From: Octopus sinensis
Taxonomy: Eukaryota
Direction of reading: 5' to 3'
DNA: 64,000 bases
Assembly: GCF_006345805.1 (NCBI RefSeq)
Contig: NC_043000.1
Location: 138,508,001 to 138,572,000 of the forward strand
The translations under genes were made by a program, and so were the position numbers. The first letter of the stretch is position 1. Each line of letters opens with the position of its first letter. The notes beneath the pieces were generated by a model, which was given only the letters and a program-made list of their open reading frames with translations, did no database searches and was not told the DNA's origin. Positions 61,330-64,000 of this stretch are shown here, in pieces.

Positions 61330-62400
61330 TAGAAATGAAGAAAACACTTTGTTAATAATATTTCTACAGAAAGAAGAAGATGCTGACATCCAAAAGAATA
61401 CAAGAATATCATACAAGCAATCAACCTAAGGTTATTCTTCTACAAAGGTGTGGAAACAGATTCATTGATTTCAGAAAGGAAGAGGTGAGGAACATCAAAA
61501 TGAAAATGAGGAAATGGTTCTGAATGCATAGAAGCATGCATCCAAAATCTGATGTGGAGCAATTGTAAAAGAAAAGAGCAAAACAAGAAACAGGATTAAT
61601 GAGTGTCAAAGATGCTGGAGAAATAGTGAAGACAAGTTAAGGCAGAAGTCTTGAAGAAAAATAAGCACTCCTTAAGGTGGTAATGAGTGGAGGACTATAT
61701 ACAAAATAGGCAAACCCTAAATAGAAAATTTGGGAAAAGCGAAAAAAATGGAATTCATACATTGAAGGAAAGGTCTTCGCTTGGCATTTTTCAAAAAAAC
61801 CCCAAAGATAAAGAAGGACAAGGACAACTGGCTATGGTTAAAAATATGGATAATGGAGAAAGCGATAGAGGAATTAATCGTGGCAGTGGAGGAACAGGTA
61901 CTAAGGATAAATTGGATCAAGAGGATGAAAGATCAGCAGAATTGCTCAACTAAGTGCCAAAGGCATAATAATTCAAAGGTGACTGTATCTCACATATATC
62001 AGAATGTCCATAGTTCTGAATGAATAAAAAAATATGTAGGCATGAGAAGATTCTGGTAATAATTTACTGGAATTTTGGGATTTTGATGGAAGTGTGATTT
62101 TGCAAGCGCAGAAGAAACCTATAACAAATTGTGGGAATATAAATGCATAAATGCAAGCGTATGAAAACTATGAAAAGAAATTGCAGTGCAAGTTGCAAAT
62201 ACAAAGTGAAAGAGGAAAGAAACTCGACTAGCCAAATATTGTAGTCATTGACAAGAATAGAAAAATATGTATAGTAATTGACATTGCATTCCTATTTGAC
62301 TCCAGAGTAAAAAGAATGGTAAAATGTAGAGCATTATGTGAATTTCAAGTATGAAATTTCTTAGTGCTCATGATCAGAATAGTAATAACAATAATCATTG
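61330..62400 (+). mobile_element. R4/Dong-like LINE, long decayed fragment (RT thumb to endonuclease)
   Basis: MHRSMHPKSDVEQL...GLMSVKD; WLWLK...ELIVAVEEQVLRINWIK...KC...VSHI; NIVVIDKNRKICIVIDIAF. Confidence 0.8.
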
Positions 62401-62466
62401 TATGTACATGAGGCACACAAAAGGTCGTAAAAATGACAGAATTGTTAGAGTATTGGTTAAAATATT

Positions 62467-62676
62467 CTTTTCTACTCTAGGTACAAGGCCCCAAATTTTG
62501 GGCGAGGGGGCCAGTCAATTAGATTGACCCCAGTATGCAACTGGTAGTTAATTTATCGACCCTGAGAGGATGAAAGGCAAAGTCGACCTCAGTGGAATTT
62601 AAACTCAGAATGTAAAGATGGACGAAATACCGCAAAGCATTTTGCCTGGCGTGCTAACGTTTCTGCCAGCTCACCA
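62467..62676 (-). mobile_element. SINE family D (D1 tail)
   Basis: 13-bp TSD tggttaaaatatt (62454-62466, 62683-62695). Confidence 0.93.
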
Positions 62677-62914
62677 CATTAATGGTTAAAATATTTGCTC
62701 TAAAAGTGTGGCATTTGTTTTTTATTTGGTATGTGTTATGTTTTTATTCTTTTGATATTAATATGAAAGACCTTCATGGGGAGGGCTGCATACTTGTTAA
62801 GTATTTTTTGGATTACTTGTAAAGTTGTAATCTCTACTCTATATTTTATACAGTTATTTACACATACAGAGGTGTCTATTTGGAACAATATATGAAGAGC
62901 TTACTTTCAAAACT

Positions 62915-63078
62915 AGGCATAGGAGTGGCTGTATGGTAAGTAGCTTCCTTACAAACCACATGGTTCTGGATTCAGCCCCACTATGTGGCACCTTGGGCGA
63001 GTGTCTTCTACTATAGCCTCAGGCTGACCAAAGCCTTGTGAGTGGATTTGGTAGACGGAAACTGAAAGAAGCCTGTCG

Positions 63079-63114
<36 letters not shown>

Positions 63115-63330
63115 CATATATAAATATGTGTGTGTATATGTTTGTATGTCTGTGTTTGTCCCCCCCCCCCCAACATCGCTTGGGAACAGATACTGGTGTG
63201 TTTACGTCCCCATAAGTTAGCGGTTCAGCAAAAGAGACAATAGAATAAGTCCTGGGGTTGATTTGCTCGACTAAAAGGTGGTGCTCCAGCATGGCCATAG
63301 TCAAATGCCTGAAACAAGTAAAAGAGTATA
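62915..63330 (+). mobile_element. SINE family A, full length
   Basis: Family consensus, head to tail. Confidence 0.92.
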
Positions 63331-63611
63331 TGCATCTGAATGACTTTGAGGAAATTCAGTATCTAAATACATCTGGTTTTCATTGGAAGACTAAGATTCA
63401 TTTACTGTCTATATGGCATCTATCCCAATTTGACTGAAAAAACTTTCACGTGCATGAAGCCAGCAACTTGCAAATTGTGTTTTAATGGTTGTCATGAAAT
63501 AGACTGAATATGCACTTATACCGGTTTTGAAAGCAAGCTCCTTAATTATATGTGGAATATGTCCATTTTTTTAATGGGTTCTGTACAACAACAAATGACT
63601 GCTATTTAACT

Positions 63612-63914
63612 GTGGAGGCTCATGGCCAAGTGGTTAGAGCAGCGGACTCGCGGTTGAGGTATCTCAGGTTCAAATTTCAGACTGAGTGATGTGTGTATTT
63701 ATGAGCAAAACACCTAAGCTCCACGCGGCTCCGGCAGAAGGTAACAGCAAACTTCTGCTGACTCTTTCGCCACAACTTTCTCTCACTCTTTCCTCCTGCA
63801 TCTTGTAGCTCACCTGCAACAGACCGGGGTCCTATCCAGGAGGGTAACCTACACACCAAGGAAACTGGAAAACTGGCCCTTATGAGCCAGGCATGGCTCG
63901 AGAAGGAACAAACA
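63612..63914 (+). mobile_element. SINE family F, full length
   Basis: 11-bp TSD atttaactgtg (63604-63614, 63915-63925); (ACAA)n-like tail. Confidence 0.93.
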
Positions 63915-64000
63915 ATTTAACTGTGCTGTTCCCAACAACCTATAGGTTGTGTTTCAATTCTTGAAAGAAGGGCACTGACTATCATTTCAGTATTTTGGTT

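Overview
AT-rich, microsatellite-dense eukaryotic DNA, either intronic or intergenic. The repeat families resemble those I recall from Octopus genomes; this is inference, no search was run. There is no intact long CDS: almost every ORF in the supplied track is a microsatellite/VNTR artefact or a decayed transposon fragment. Main contents: (i) at least five tRNA-headed SINE families (labelled A, C, D, F, G here), several with clear TSDs; (ii) 5'-truncated LINE ends of RTE, CR1-like, R4/Dong-like (restriction-like endonuclease) and Penelope-like type; (iii) Tc1, mariner (DD34D) and maT (DD37D) relics, a MITE and two non-autonomous Helitrons; (iv) a few short candidate exons that I cannot assign to a gene. 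Most notable structures: a ~580-bp fold-back palindrome (42.2-42.8 kb); a (TTAGGG)4 tract replacing part of a SINE in a geometry compatible with telomerase-mediated repair (21.56 kb); four (TAA)n clusters where R4/Dong LINE ends lie in one orientation and SINE-D copies in the opposite one; SINE families sharing heads but carrying different tails; Penelope-type minimal hammerhead-like relics; and tandem triplications whose units include part of a SINE. No CRISPR, rRNA or bona fide tRNA gene was found. Many repeat boundaries are approximate (about +/-10-20 nt).
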